A DNA stretch of 64,000 bases. Origin: Hormiphora californensis. Lineage: Eukaryota; Animalia; Ctenophora. The stretch covers positions 2,480,001 to 2,544,000 of the forward strand of contig CM035361.1 in the NCBI GenBank assembly GCA_020137815.1, in the 5' to 3' direction. The notes under the pieces are model-generated. The model was not told where the DNA came from, searched no databases, and saw only the letters and a list, made by a program, of their open reading frames with translations. A program made the position numbers and the translations under genes. Shown one piece after another: positions 26,897 through 38,933 of this stretch (position 1 is the stretch's first letter; each line of letters opens with the position of its first letter).

Positions 26897-27448
26897 ATGG
26901 CCACTGCCATTACTCTCGGAAGATTCTGGTGATCCTGGTCATATCACGTGCCGGGGTTTTCGACAGTCTTATGTCCCTTCGTTCATTGCCAAATTCAAAG
27001 GGTGCCCATTCTGGTGGGAAGGCGATCGATGGCAATCTCGAAAAATATGGGCCACTCTTTGCAGCCAATGGAAGGAGATATGGGTAAAATTGTGGCTGAG
27101 ACAGCCAAAATTGGATTGACCATTTTGGGGATCTATCCGACACATACAGGAATCATTTGTATTACGGTTTCAAGGAGCCCGGATCTACACTAAATATGAA
27201 TCGCGGGCAGGAGATTCTATATGGTACTCTAACCGAATGGCACTGTCAAGGAAACTCACAAAATTAAGGTGGAGTTCCTCTGTGGAAGTAAGTTGAAAGG
27301 TGAAAAGAGACAGATGGTGTAAACTTGTGGGAGATTAAGGCGTTGAAAGAGTTTTAATACGAATGTAAGCTTTTTTAAAACTTTTTAGAACACTACCCCA
27401 CTCACATTTAACACAAAACTACAATACCCCTTTCAAGTTTTAGAATTA
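26897..27448 (+). pseudogene. Frameshifted duplicate of the nested F5/8C-like gene (probably consensus error)
   Basis: Colinear with 29817-30395 but with numerous single-base deletions. Confidence 0.5.
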
Positions 27449-28423
27449 ACCCAGAAATTCGTTGTGCTAAGAATTTGTGTAAGTTTACAATCATAAATCC
27501 TAACCCCTACTTTTGGACAGGTTTTATAATCGATCATTGTACTATCCCAATACAGAAAAGGGGGGTTTGGGGGCGGGCCATTTGAAATTCCCTTCTAAAT
27601 GCCGCTCGAAAGCTTTTTAATTTATGAGGGGGTTTTCTGGCGCAGGTTTTTCTATCAGTACCTGACAGAGAGATGTTGTCTGATTGGCAGTGAGACACAG
27701 TAAGTACAGTGGCATCGTGCAGCTCAATCCTCGTACTATCAACCTCGCTAACTGACATTGCTATAAAGGGAGGGAGAGAGATATTATCTTGTACTGGAAA
27801 CTTGGTCTACATAGAGTTTGATATATATATATTTCACTAAATTAAAACAACACAGTTTCTAATACAAGTGGTATTATCTCTCTCGAAACACAGAAACAAA
27901 ACATTATATTGTCAAATCCATTAGATAAAAAGCACACTATATAAGAGAGGAAGTGATCAACAATAAGATCATCCTTTCCAGTTAAAAGGAATTCGAGTCT
28001 CAAAACAATCTGTCCAAAAAGTTGTGTTTCTTTAATCTCTGATAATCCACAGTCATTGTAGGTCAATAGAGTTCATATATAATCTCAGCAGCCCCTCTCA
28101 CATAAATATATTTGAGAGTCATATGATACTCAACTAAGGATTGGTTATAAAATCTCTTGTTTTGGTAAACCCAAAAAGATTTTGATAGTTAATTGATTTG
28201 AGTATTTGTGTCTCTTTACCTCCTCTCTGTCTACTCTTTAAATTAACACAATTTTTTAATTTACACGATCACTACTTCGAATATATTCCCAATCAAATAC
28301 ACACACAGCACAATTTTATAAGCTCAGGGGCGTCTCTCTTTCTGGTGTTCCCATATTTTGTAGTCTACAAACCGAGATCAGGAACAGAATGTGATTGCCG
28401 CCCCCTCGCCCCAATTTGAAGCT

Positions 28424-31400
28424 TTAACTCCTCTTCTTTCCCCGCTGTTGGTTTTGCATTGTCTGGGCATGTTTAACTGCTGCTGCAGTTCCTAGTCCAA
28501 CCGCCACTACATAAATCGGTGTCAGTCCCTGAAAATAAGGGGGGGGGGTTAGTTTCTCTGCTTTCTTCTTGCAACTCGCTGAATGTTTAGGCAATAATTT
28601 GTAACACTTTTTCCATACCTGTTCCCAGATGATTTCAGCGATTTCATCGATTTTCTCAGCGATCTCAGGTTTATCTCCCCGGTACTTGATCCCAATCCAG
28701 GCAGCTAACGTTGCCATGGAGACCCAGAATACAATGTTAGCTAGTAGAGCTAGGGGCCCAAGGTAAAGGGCTGCTAGGAATGCCTGGAAGGGTGGTTAAT
28801 AGGTGGTTAGGAGGTGGTTAGGATGGAATAGTTGTCTGGTATTAACTAAGTGTAAATGACAGGTTCTATCGAAATCAGTTTGGTTTGGTTTGGACCGCTC
28901 ATCTGGGACTGTAAACAGTCACACAGCCAAGTCTCGCAGAACAGGCGAGACAGCATAGTGCTGGATCATCCTTTCGGAATCACCACCAGATCGTCTTCTG
29001 TCGTAGTAGTAGATGAGAGGTTGGGTAGCTGAGAGTTTGAGTAGATGAGGGGTATGGTAGCTGAGAGATGGAGTATATGGGGGTAGGGTAGCTTAGAGAT
29101 GGATTAGATTAGGCTTAGGGTAGTTGAGAGATGGAGTATATATGGGGGGGGGGGGGGGGGGTAGGGTAGCTGCAGAGCACGCTCGCGACCAGCAAACACG
29201 ACATGCAGATCACACCCTGTTTATTGTTGTTAAAAAAGGGCGGTCTCAGCCCCCTCCCAGGACGGGGAAAGGGAGCTTCGTCGCACCCACCCCTCACTGA
29301 CTACTAGTGACTAGTGACTAGTGCTTCGCACTATTTTTAGTAATTGTTGTTTGTGTCGGTGAATTGTGCCATGTTGTTTATTACTAAGAGAGGGCACGTG
29401 TAGCTATTTCTCCATCCGAAGGCACTCTGAACTCTTGCTCTCTTTTCTTGTCGCGAGACATGTCATGATGTCTAACTGTTCTCAATATAGAATCAAAGAT
29501 TTCTCCCCATTGAAAAAACACACAGCTCTAAGCTAAGCGGCGTTCGAGAGAGAGAGCAGGGAACGGGAAAAGTTACAGCTTAGATCATTTTGTTTTTTGT
29601 TTTCCAAAAGAGTTTCCCCTGACATTTGAAAAACTTGTGCCGTGCTTTACTTGAAATTTTAAAATCAATACTTTTAGTTTTATCCCGTCACACCATTCTG
29701 CATTTGAAGTCTTGTTTAGCGCTCGGGACAATTACCCCCTTCATTTGTATGACTCATTTTTCAATTGTAAGTGACTAGAATGTAACCACGCTCTACAGAA
29801 ATACACATCTCAAAAAATGGCCACTGCCATTACTCTCGGACTGATTCTGGTGATCCTGGTCATATCACCGTGCCTGTGTATCGAGCAGTCTTATGTCCCC
29901 TTCGTCAGTGCCAAATTCAAGGTGTCCGATTCTGGTGGGAAGGCGATCGATGGCAATCTCGAAACTATGGGCCACTCTCTTTGCAACGCCAATGGGAAGG
30001 AGATATGGCTAAAATTGTGGCTGAGACAGCCAACTTGGATTGACCATTTTGTTATCTATCCGACACATACAGAGAATCATTTGTATTATCGGTTTCAAGG
30101 AGCCCGGATCTACACTAAATATGAGATCAGCGGGCAGGAGATTCTATATGGTACTCTAACCCTGAATGGCACTGTCAAGGCAGCTCACAAAATTAAGTGT
30201 GGAGTTCCTCTTGTGGAAGTAGTTGTGATCAGGCTGCAAAAGAGCACAGATGCGTGTATACACTTGTGGGAGATAAAGGCAGTTGGAAAGAGTTCTAATA
30301 ACGAATGTAAGACTTTAAAAACTTTTTTAGAACACTACCACACTCACATTTCACACACAACTACAATACCCCCCTTATTCAAGTTAGAATCTTAACCCAG
30401 AAATCTCGTTGTGCTAAAGCAACTTGTGTGATAAAGTTTACAATCAATAAATCCTAACCCCTACTTGTGGACAGGTTTTAATCGAAATCAGTACTCACAT
30501 GTGCTACGTATGCCGCGAATAGGCAGATAAATAGGGTGATTGGGGTACGAGCCGATTTGAAGATATTCTTGCTCTCGTTTATCTTGATGTACTGCTGCAG
30601 TTGATCCTCCATAAACTTGTCAAGTTTTTCCATAAACGTTTTACTGAAACGTTGGGGGTGTGAGGTTAGCAATGGTATAACAGCCGTTTACCCTATCGAT
30701 CAAATACTATTTCGTAATCAAATCAGGACCATGGACATGATGGATAGAGAAACACATGACATCAATCATCATACCTTAGTTCAGGTCCACCCATCTTCTT
30801 AGTGCTATTGAACTCCTTCTCGGCAGCTTCACAGCACTCCGTATGATGAGACAACAGATCTGTCTCGTTCAGGAACCCATGATCTCCACCAACTTTCTGG
30901 AAGTATAGTGTTAGTCAACTGTGCGACCACTAATCTTGGCAAAGTAAGGTGTGGGACAAGGGAAGTCTACTGAATCCCCGTGTGGGTATATTGTACTAAT
31001 CCCCCTCTACAAACCTCGTCCATCTTTTCAGTATATAGTTCCTGGGCACTAGCCAGCGCTGACAGATTGTTTGCTTCGGCTGTAGCACGCAACATTGTCA
31101 TCGGTTCTGGTAGCGTCTCCTCTTGGTAAATCTTTACATATGCCTGGTCGGTAGTGTAAGTGGGAGAAAGTTGAGGCATATGGCTGGCATGGAAAATTGA
31201 AATAAAACAAGAGATCATCTGGTACTGTGAGAGTGGAAACTTGGTAAATGGTGATCATCAGTTGAAAATTCTCAAACCTTGAAGTAATGAAGAAGGTCCT
31301 TTCCCTTGAGCTCTTCCCCATGTATCTTCTTAGACACAAGCCTGTCCTCGCCCAGATAGTATGGGATTAAAGATGACAGATTCGTCACGAAGTCACTCTC

Positions 31401-34400
31401 CATGTCTAAGGAAAGATGGGGGTTATACGCCACGATTGCCTTACTCGACCCTCTCCTTCAAGGGTTAGAATGTAACAAAACCACGACCCCGCTAATCAAC
31501 AAATCCAGGCATTCTTAACCTTGTAGTTTTCCATTGAATGTAGGTTTAGAAGCGACAGTTCTGCCTGGATAGGGGAGGAGAAAACATCCCACTTCTTCAA
31601 AACAGTTCCTAATGTGGTGTCTAACCTCCTGGAGCTCTGTGTGCTGATTCTCTTCTACCTGTCAGTGATTAGAGTAGTTAGAGTTAGGAATCGGTAAGGG
31701 CATTATTGGGTTAGAATCTAACCGTTAGATATAAGATAACACGGACTGACTTTTGAGTTAAGTTTGGGAACGCCACAAATTACGCCACATACTAATTCTA
31801 CACACACAGTACAGCGCTAATACGTGTCCCGATTTAGTACCAGTGTTTCACAACTTGACAGTGCCAGCGAAGACAGCAGAGTGCAGGGTGGGGGAGGGTG
31901 CGCGCACGTGCCGCGCCAGAACAGGGGTCTTTTGGACATTTGTCTGACATCGCGCCCTACTGCTTTCGTTATCACGTGAGGGGATGATTTGAAATTTGCA
32001 TTTTCGATTACAATGTGGATTTGGTGGTTAGGGAAGACAGAGAGGGACACAGTGTGTGAGTGGTAATAAAGGAGGGTGAGAGGGATTTAGGGCACCAAAT
32101 TTAGAGGAATATAGTGGTTTATTATGAATTTGGAGTCTTCAACTACGATTTGAAGTAGAACTACCGCAGGAAGAAGTAACCAGATAAAAAATACCAAGGC
32201 CTGGCTAGTCACAATGTCACAAACACTTCCTCCACCTCCCTCTGTCTCATCTCTACAAACATACAACGTGACGTTTCAAAACAGCTAAAGAAAACAGCTA
32301 TATGAAGACTGAAGAGGGTAGACAGATACGAACAACTTACGGCAAGAGTTTTTTCAAGGTATTTCTTGCCGCCCTCAGCTCCCAAATCGTATTCGTACTC
32401 AAAGGCCCAGTCTCGGATCAGGAATTCCAATCTCTGGGAAGATGGGAAGGATGTCTAGCTCCAAATTTGGAGACATTCACCTTGTGATCGGAAATTGGCC
32501 ATTTCAGATAATTAATATCTACTGATTATCATGATTATACCTTAGCCACTTGTCAGATATGATAGATAGCAATATTATGATTAGCGACGGACAGACCTGG
32601 AAGGGTTTATATTCATCGGTCTCTTCTATTCCCTGCATTACTAGCCGACCATAATCAGTGAACAGGTGAAGGTGCTGAAGATCATCCTCTCGTATTTGCT
32701 GGAGAGGGGGGGTTGTTACTGGAGGGGGGGGATTGTTACTGGAGGGGGGGGGGGGTGAATTGTTACTGGAGGGGGGATTGTTACTGGAGGGGGGGGGGTT
32801 GTTACTGGAGTGGGAATTGTTACTGGAGTGGGAATTGTTACTGGAGGGGGAATTGTTACTGGAGTGGGAGTTGTTACTGGAGGGGGAATTGTTACTGGAG
32901 GGGGAATTGTTACTGGAGTGGGAATTGTTACTGGAGTGGGAATTGTTACTGGAGGGGGAATTGTTACTGGAGGGGGGGATTGTTATTGGAGAGGGGGGAT
33001 TGTTACTGGAGAGGGGGGATTGTTACTGGAGGGGGGATTGTTACTGGAGGGGGAATTGTTACTGGAGGGGGTGAATTGTTACTGGAGTGGGAATTGTTAC
33101 TGGAGGGGGAATTGTTACTGGAGGGGGGATTGTTACTGGAGGGGGGATTGTTACTGGAGGGGGAATTGTTACTGGAGGGGGGATTGTTACTGGAGGGGGG
33201 ATTGTTACTGGAGGGGGGATTGTTACTGGAGAGGGAGGGGGATTGTTACTGGAGGGGGAATTGTTACTGGAGTGGGAATTGTTACTGGAGTGGGAATTGT
33301 TACTGGAGTGGGAATTGTTACTGGAGTGGGAGTTGTTACTGGAGGGGGAGTTGTTACTGGAGTGGGAATTGTTACTGGAGTGGGAATTGTTACTGGAGGG
33401 GGAATTGTTACTGGAGGGAATTGTTACTGGAGGGGGGATTGTTACTGGAGAGGGAGGGGGATTGTTACTGGAGTGGGAATTGTTACTGGAGGGGGAATTG
33501 TTACTGGAGGGGGAATTGTTACTGGAGGGGGAATTGTTACTGGAGTGGGAGTTGTTACTGGAGTGGGAATTGTTACTGGAGGGGGAATTGTTACTGAATC
33601 AGTAACAGAGTGGGCCTAAAACAGTAGCAGAGTGGGCCTAAACAAATAAATACAGTACACAAAAACAAAAAGAGTGGGACGGCATCTATAAACCCCTCAT
33701 TGGTACCTGTGAGATGTTGTAGATCTGTACACTGCTAAGCATGGTAGAAAGAGCGAATATTGTAGCACTATCCCGTACGATAGCTTGGTTATCAAATGTG
33801 CCCTGGGTGTCCATCAGCAACACGGCAACCTGGACAAGGAGTTGAATACTTCGGGCTATATTAAATACATCAGGAAATGAAAGACATAGATCTGACACAG
33901 TCAAGGACACCAGTTACCTTCTTTTGCCTAGCTCGACCCTCTCTTCACACGCTCCGTAAAATGTAAAAGAAGAGGGTTAGGAAATAACAAACCTTCTTGC
34001 CAGTTTTAGAGTTCACTTTGATAAAGGGTTGACCCCACATCCAAATACCACTCGTCTCTCGAGAAGTACCACCTATAACACAGTTTGTTTTATTAAAATT
34101 TGTTGAAAATATATACCGGTATTACAATCAGCACCGGGCACCAATGTCCTCAAAGTGGACTGTAAAATTATTATTTTACCTCTCCACTTGAAGCCAGTTA
34201 ACTCCTCATCGGTAGGACCCATCCAATCACCACTACCATCATTCATTAGATAGCGCAGTATAAAGGAGAGAAGGAAGGACTTGCCTTTTCGAAAGGCTCC
34301 TAAAAAGAGGGGAAGAGTGTGTTTAATGTTAAGTCAGATTCGGAATGGTAACCATGGTAACCATGGTTATAACAATTCCGGGTAGTCCCTGCCAGGAAAC

Positions 34401-35462
34401 ACCCATTACATAACAATGGACCTTGATAATTTAATGCACCCATAATACACCAGTACTTATTGGTCCTTCCTCCGTGACAACACCAGTACAATAAGTGTAC
34501 TATAATACTCCCCCATAAAAACACCTACATGTACTGTGTGTGGGTATACCGCTTCAGTGTGTACAATTATTACTAGGTGTGTAAGCCAAAAACTAACAAC
34601 ATGAAACTACTCGTTAACCCATGATAGTATTATGTAGGTACCGAAAAAAAGGCTCGCATATATCCTAGGATACATTTGTAATCAACCTCAAAATAGTTTT
34701 GATATCCCAATGATAAAGATAATGATGACTAACCTGCCACTGATACGACAACAACACTACAGAGACAATCCTTGTGTTTTGGTGCACTAAGTCGCTTATC
34801 GCGTGTAACAACTAACAAATGTTCTTATCTGTCCCATCCGCATAGTATTCTAGAACATTTTACAGTATATAGGTGCTACATTCAGTCCTACCCCTTATCT
34901 GTGTTCAATCGTTTTTGTTTATCTTCATCTCCGATCCACTGGAAATGCATATACCTCTCATCTCATCATCAACAACATCACGGTACCAATCATCCATCAA
35001 AATTCTGTAAGTTCACCTGTCCGTATTGTCTGTTCACAGATTGTGTAAAGTTTATATTGTGAATGTAATTTACTATTCAAAACACGGTAAACATCGGGAT
35101 TCCAGACCCAAACTCAAGAAATTCTCAAAGGCAAAACGTTACCTCGTTCCAGACCAAACTAAACTCAAGACACTCTCAAAGGCAAAACGTTACCTTGATC
35201 CAGACTAAACCAAACTCAAGACTCTCTCAAAGGCAAAACGTTACCTTGTTCCAGACTCAGAAGCTGACAGGACATAAAGCTTGCGTGAGAGTGCCCGAAT
35301 ACAGACCACAAACAGTTAGAATATCAGAGAAATTTTGTTTGATTTTGGTGTAATTTTGAGCGTGATATTTTAGCTACTATCTTTCATACAGACCACAGAC
35401 TTTATGACAGGTTGCAACACCGTTCTGTCGTGCGGCAGAGTTTGGTACGCTATAACCTAGAG

Positions 35463-35506
<44 letters not shown>

Positions 35507-36031
35507 TGTGTGGGTATACCGCTTCAGTGTGTACAATTATTACTAGGTGTGTAAGCCAAAAACTAACAACATGAAACTACTCGTTAACCCATGATAGTAT
35601 TATGTAGGTACCGAAAAAAAGGCTCGCATATATCCTAGGATACATTTGTAATCAACCTCAAAATAGTTTTGATATCCCAATGATAAAGATAATGATGACT
35701 AACCTGCCACTGATACGACAACAACAGGCGTGTCCTTTAGTTGTGGACTCATCAGTATTGCTGCCAGATCATTCTCACAGAGAGTGAAGGAGTGGTCACC
35801 ATTATCTCGAATTATCTGAACGGGACCTGGAGAATAAAGATGGGGTCAATGATCGTTGATACGAGAGAAAGGGAATACCTCGATCGGCAGAGAATAATGA
35901 TTGGAGAATTAATTGACGAGTTATCGGGGAATAGAGAGGATTAGAGAAGATAGCGTACCATTAGTGTTGATAACTTCAAATGTAGAATCGCTGTCACCAG
36001 AGCTATCGTTGGTGTACTCTTGTTCTACCAT
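28424..36031 (-). CDS. ATL: Atlastin GTPase
   Basis: Exons give MVEQEY...GPVQII...DHSFTL...[88 protein letters not shown] and a C-terminal two-TM hairpin ending KKRS*. Confidence 0.93.
29817..30395 (+). CDS. Secreted F5/8 type C / F-type-lectin-like protein, nested antisense in an atlastin intron
   Basis: Signal peptide [21 protein letters not shown]; KAIDGN...W.KL.L...LWEIKAVG galactose-binding-like pattern; lies inside intron ~28785-30496; 3' end uncertain (possible donor at ~30306). Confidence 0.65.
   Translation: MATAITLGLILVILVISPCLCIEQSYVPFVSAKFKVSDSGGKAIDGNLETMGHSLCNANGKEIWLKLWLRQPTWIDHFVIYPTHTENHLYYRFQGARIYTKYEISGQEILYGTLTLNGTVKAAHKIKCGVPLVEVVVIRLQKSTDACIHLWEIKAVGKSSNNECKTLKTFLEHYHTHISHTTTIPPLFKLES
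31436..31478 (+). mobile_element. Ultra-short TTG...CAA element
   Basis: 43 bp; flanks cgccacga/aaccacga. Confidence 0.6.
32699..33597 (-). repeat. 18-bp tandem array of a complete intron 3' end in atlastin
   Basis: About 50 units; on the minus strand taacaattccccctccag, abutting the true acceptor at 32698/32699. Confidence 0.9.
33924..33990 (+). mobile_element. Ultra-short TTG...CAA element at an atlastin splice donor
   Basis: 67 bp; perfect TSD accttctt (33916-33923, 33991-33998) = AAGAAG|GT on the gene strand. Confidence 0.75.
34533..35726. repeat. Identical 224-bp direct repeats (34533-34756, 35503-35726) flanking a 746-bp insert ending in (CA)n
   Basis: The repeat includes the last 23 nt of atlastin exon 2 and its donor; the insert contains three ~50-bp tandem units at ~35100-35260. 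Confidence 0.8.
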
Positions 36032-36226
36032 CTCACTACAACAATCACATGAGAAACCACCGTTTTTAATATATATGTTAGCTGCTAAAGAATAAACATA
36101 CTAAAAATTTGGAAAAAGAACTGATGGAAGTTTTACAGTTGATCTTTACACTTTGTCTAATTTAATTTACTATTGAAGTGAATATAATATATAATAATCA
36201 TCTTATTTCATTTTTTATCTAACTCT

Positions 36227-36625
36227 TTATAGTCGCCTTCTCTTCTTCTTCTTCTTCCCTTCACCTTTCACACTCTCTACCTGAGGAACTCCTAGATTTA
36301 TATCGCGTCCTTTCCTTTGGGAACCCCTATAATGTTGCTCCCGTGAATCGTCCCTGTATTTTCGGTGTTCTCTTTTATCTTGTCTCTCCGTCGAGATGTA
36401 CTATCACTGGAATTCCCGTCTTTATTAGAATTCACCGATCTACTATTTGATACAATTCGAATCTCTTACAATATTCCCCAGGAACCGTTTGTTTACAGGT
36501 CCTGTAGCACGAGGTTTCCAGGCAAGGGCACCATGTTCAGATTCAAGAGATTTCAATCGTTTTGCATCAGCTAGTATTGCAGCCATTGCTTCTCTCTCTA
36601 GTTCTGCATCTGCATCTTCTGTCAT
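36227..36625 (-). CDS. POLR1D isoform-2-like small basic protein (apparent frameshifts in the 3' half)
   Basis: MTEDADAELEREAMAAILADAKR...GALAWKP....VNKRFLGNIV resembles human POLR1D isoform 2 (ELERKAIEELLKEAKR...GPMGW...NKRFLINTI); an Arg/Lys/Ser-rich tail ending KKKKRRRL* is visible in shifted frames; the intact ORF stops at 36443. Confidence 0.7.
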
Positions 36626-36765
36626 ATCTTGTAGGGCAGACAATTAACAAGTTAGCAGTTTAGGTCAATATTCTATCTGTTGTTGGTGATAGAACTGTCA
36701 ATTGTGATAGAAAAAGGACAATAATACAAATCAAATGTCTCGCAAAACTGGACAAATTCAGGACC

Positions 36766-37798
36766 ATTAATATGACGTGATCAACTGCTATAGCCCAACT
36801 GTTCATTCTAAGAATTCTGATACAAAGATATTATTTGCCGTACTGATATATGAGGTAACTCCAACCCCCCAGTTTCATCTCCTTGTTTAACATGGGAGTT
36901 ACCAAGGGAATCCACTGGGTTCGATTAATCTAGGCACATACCCACAGTACTATTCGAATTGGCGTATCTTTATATCAGGAATCTCGGATAGCAACAATCC
37001 TTGTGTTTTATTGCTATCTGAACAGATTAGGCGTATAGACAGGGCTCTTATTATCAGCAGTGCTCACGTTTCAAGGATAATGTTTTAATTATGCACTGAA
37101 CTGCTGTAGACATCACCCACTCACTTCATACACACACAAACACCCACACACATGACCAAGCCTGTACGACAGGTTATTGATCACCGGCTGTATTACAGCA
37201 CGAGAGAGCCGTCACTAGTATCGTGCAGTGATCCGAAGATCATGATAACAATTAATATGACGTGATCAACTGCTACAGCAGTTCAGTGCATAATTAAAAC
37301 ATTATCCTTGAAACGTGAGCACTGCTGATAATAAGAGCCCTGTCTATACGCCTAATCTGTTCAGATAGCAATAAAACACAAGGATTGTTGCTATCCGAGA
37401 TTCCTGATATAAAGATACGCCAATTCGAATAGTACTGTGGGTATGTGCCTAGATTAATCGAACCCAGTGGATTCCCTTGGTAACTCCCATGTTAAACAAG
37501 GAGATGAAACTGGGGGGTTGGAGTTACCTCATATATCAGTACGGCAAATAATATCTTTGTATCAGAATTCTTAGAATGAACAGTTGGGCTATAGCAGTTG
37601 ATCACGTCATATTAATTGTTATCATGATCTTCGGATCACTGCACGATACTAGTGACGGCTCTCTCGTGCTGTAATACAGCCGGTGATCAATAACCTGTCG
37701 TACAGGCTTGGTCATGTGTGTGGGTGTTTGTGTGTGTATGAAGTGAGTGGGTGATGTCTACAGCAGTTCAGTGCATAATTAAAACATTATCCTTGAAA
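36766..37798. repeat. Insertion made of a circularly permuted 485-bp unit copied forward then in reverse
   Basis: Flanked by ttcaggacc on both sides; forward unit 36766-37250, strand switch at ~37275. Confidence 0.75.
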
Positions 37799-37877
37799 TT
37801 CAGGACCTTTTGCAAACTATACAAACTGAAACGAAAATATGCTAGATAAGAGAGTTCCAGCCACATTAGTATTAGGT

Positions 37878-38153
37878 TCATCCCTTATCCTTGTCTCTAT
37901 AGTCGTCACCTAGGAGTTCCTGATAAATCTCGTCGGTGGGTCGTTCATCCATCCGAGCTAACCGGCCCACGAGCTCGTGAGCAATGTCCCGAGTTTCATT
38001 GTACTCGTGAATCAGTTCCAGGAAATTAGTTACTTCTTCTTCCGAGAAATGAGAGTATTTTTCAAGCTCCACATCTAGTTTTGATAGCTCTGCCTCCAAC
38101 TCGAGAATTTGGTCGGGTGTTTTTCTCTGTTTTGGGGACTCCTCAGTTGCCAT
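37878..38153 (-). CDS. SWI5: DNA repair protein SWI5 homolog, single exon
   Basis: LIHEYNETRDIAHELVGRLA...EIYQE matches the Swi5 HEYNE.KD....L.G.LA motif. Confidence 0.85.
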   Translation of the reverse strand: MATEESPKQRKTPDQILELEAELSKLDVELEKYSHFSEEEVTNFLELIHEYNETRDIAHELVGRLARMDERPTDEIYQELLGDDYRDKDKG

Positions 38154-38933
38154 TCGCCTTCATAAAGTTGGACATAAAGGTTAAGAATGGCTAGGTCCAA
38201 TATTTCATATTCAAAAGGTCGTAGAGAGTTTTGCAGGACGTGAAAACTTAAAAGTTGGGACTCGTTCGAATTTCTAAAATGAAAAGAAATTGGCCTATGC
38301 TACAGGCCCTAGAAGCCGTGGAAAACGCGCGCACTTGGGGTCTGCAGCGCATGCCAAGAAAAGAAAGCATTTTCTGAAATGAAATTGCAATAGTTTGTTT
38401 GCTTCAATATTTGAGCCGCGCATAACTTTTTGTTCGTGCGCGCGGCTCTATCTAGCAACGCTTTTTCATTAATTTCGCGTGCGCGATGTAACAGGTTGTA
38501 TGGGACGACTGTAACAGTAAACAGCTGTTTTGAAGAATTCAACAATCTTGAGACATAACATAGCAAAATAAACACACATAATTCACTATTCATCTCTTTA
38601 AGTCCAGTTTTAGGAGCCACAGTGTGGAATTAGCGAGGCAGTGGGACATTGTGATTGCCTATCAGTACCGTAATCGAGGGCTACATTATTGGCGGTGACA
38701 TTCACATTGTTCATGTTAATTGATCAACAAAATTAACTATCACGCTACACAGTAGGACGTATAAACACACACAAACACTAACAGGTAATTTACTACACAG
38801 GATAAGTTAATAGCTTTGCTTAAAATAGGAGGAAAAGAGAGAGCTCTTTTAAAAATCTTAAACAAAAATTTAGTTCTAAACATAATGAGGTTCCAGCTCA
38901 CACAAACTTCTCAAATTCTAATCTCTCTTCTCT

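Larger units (their letters stand above)
24758..30485. repeat. ~2.8-kb tandem duplication (24758-27533 vs 27655-30485), probably uncollapsed haplotypes
   Basis: Both copies hold WDR53 exon 1, the last two atlastin exons and the nested lectin-like gene; atlastin coding differences are synonymous; the first copy gains many 1-nt deletions toward a garbled junction at 27534-27654. Confidence 0.8.

Noticed and set aside
24758-30485. Real tandem duplication giving alternative atlastin 3' ends and two WDR53 first exons
   Set aside because: Synonymous-only coding differences, rising single-base deletion noise and a garbled junction point to two haplotypes joined in tandem; read depth would settle it
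32713-33619. Long ORFs (CYWRG / GIVTG / LLLEG repeats)
   Set aside because: Translations of the 18-bp intronic repeat on the strand opposite atlastin
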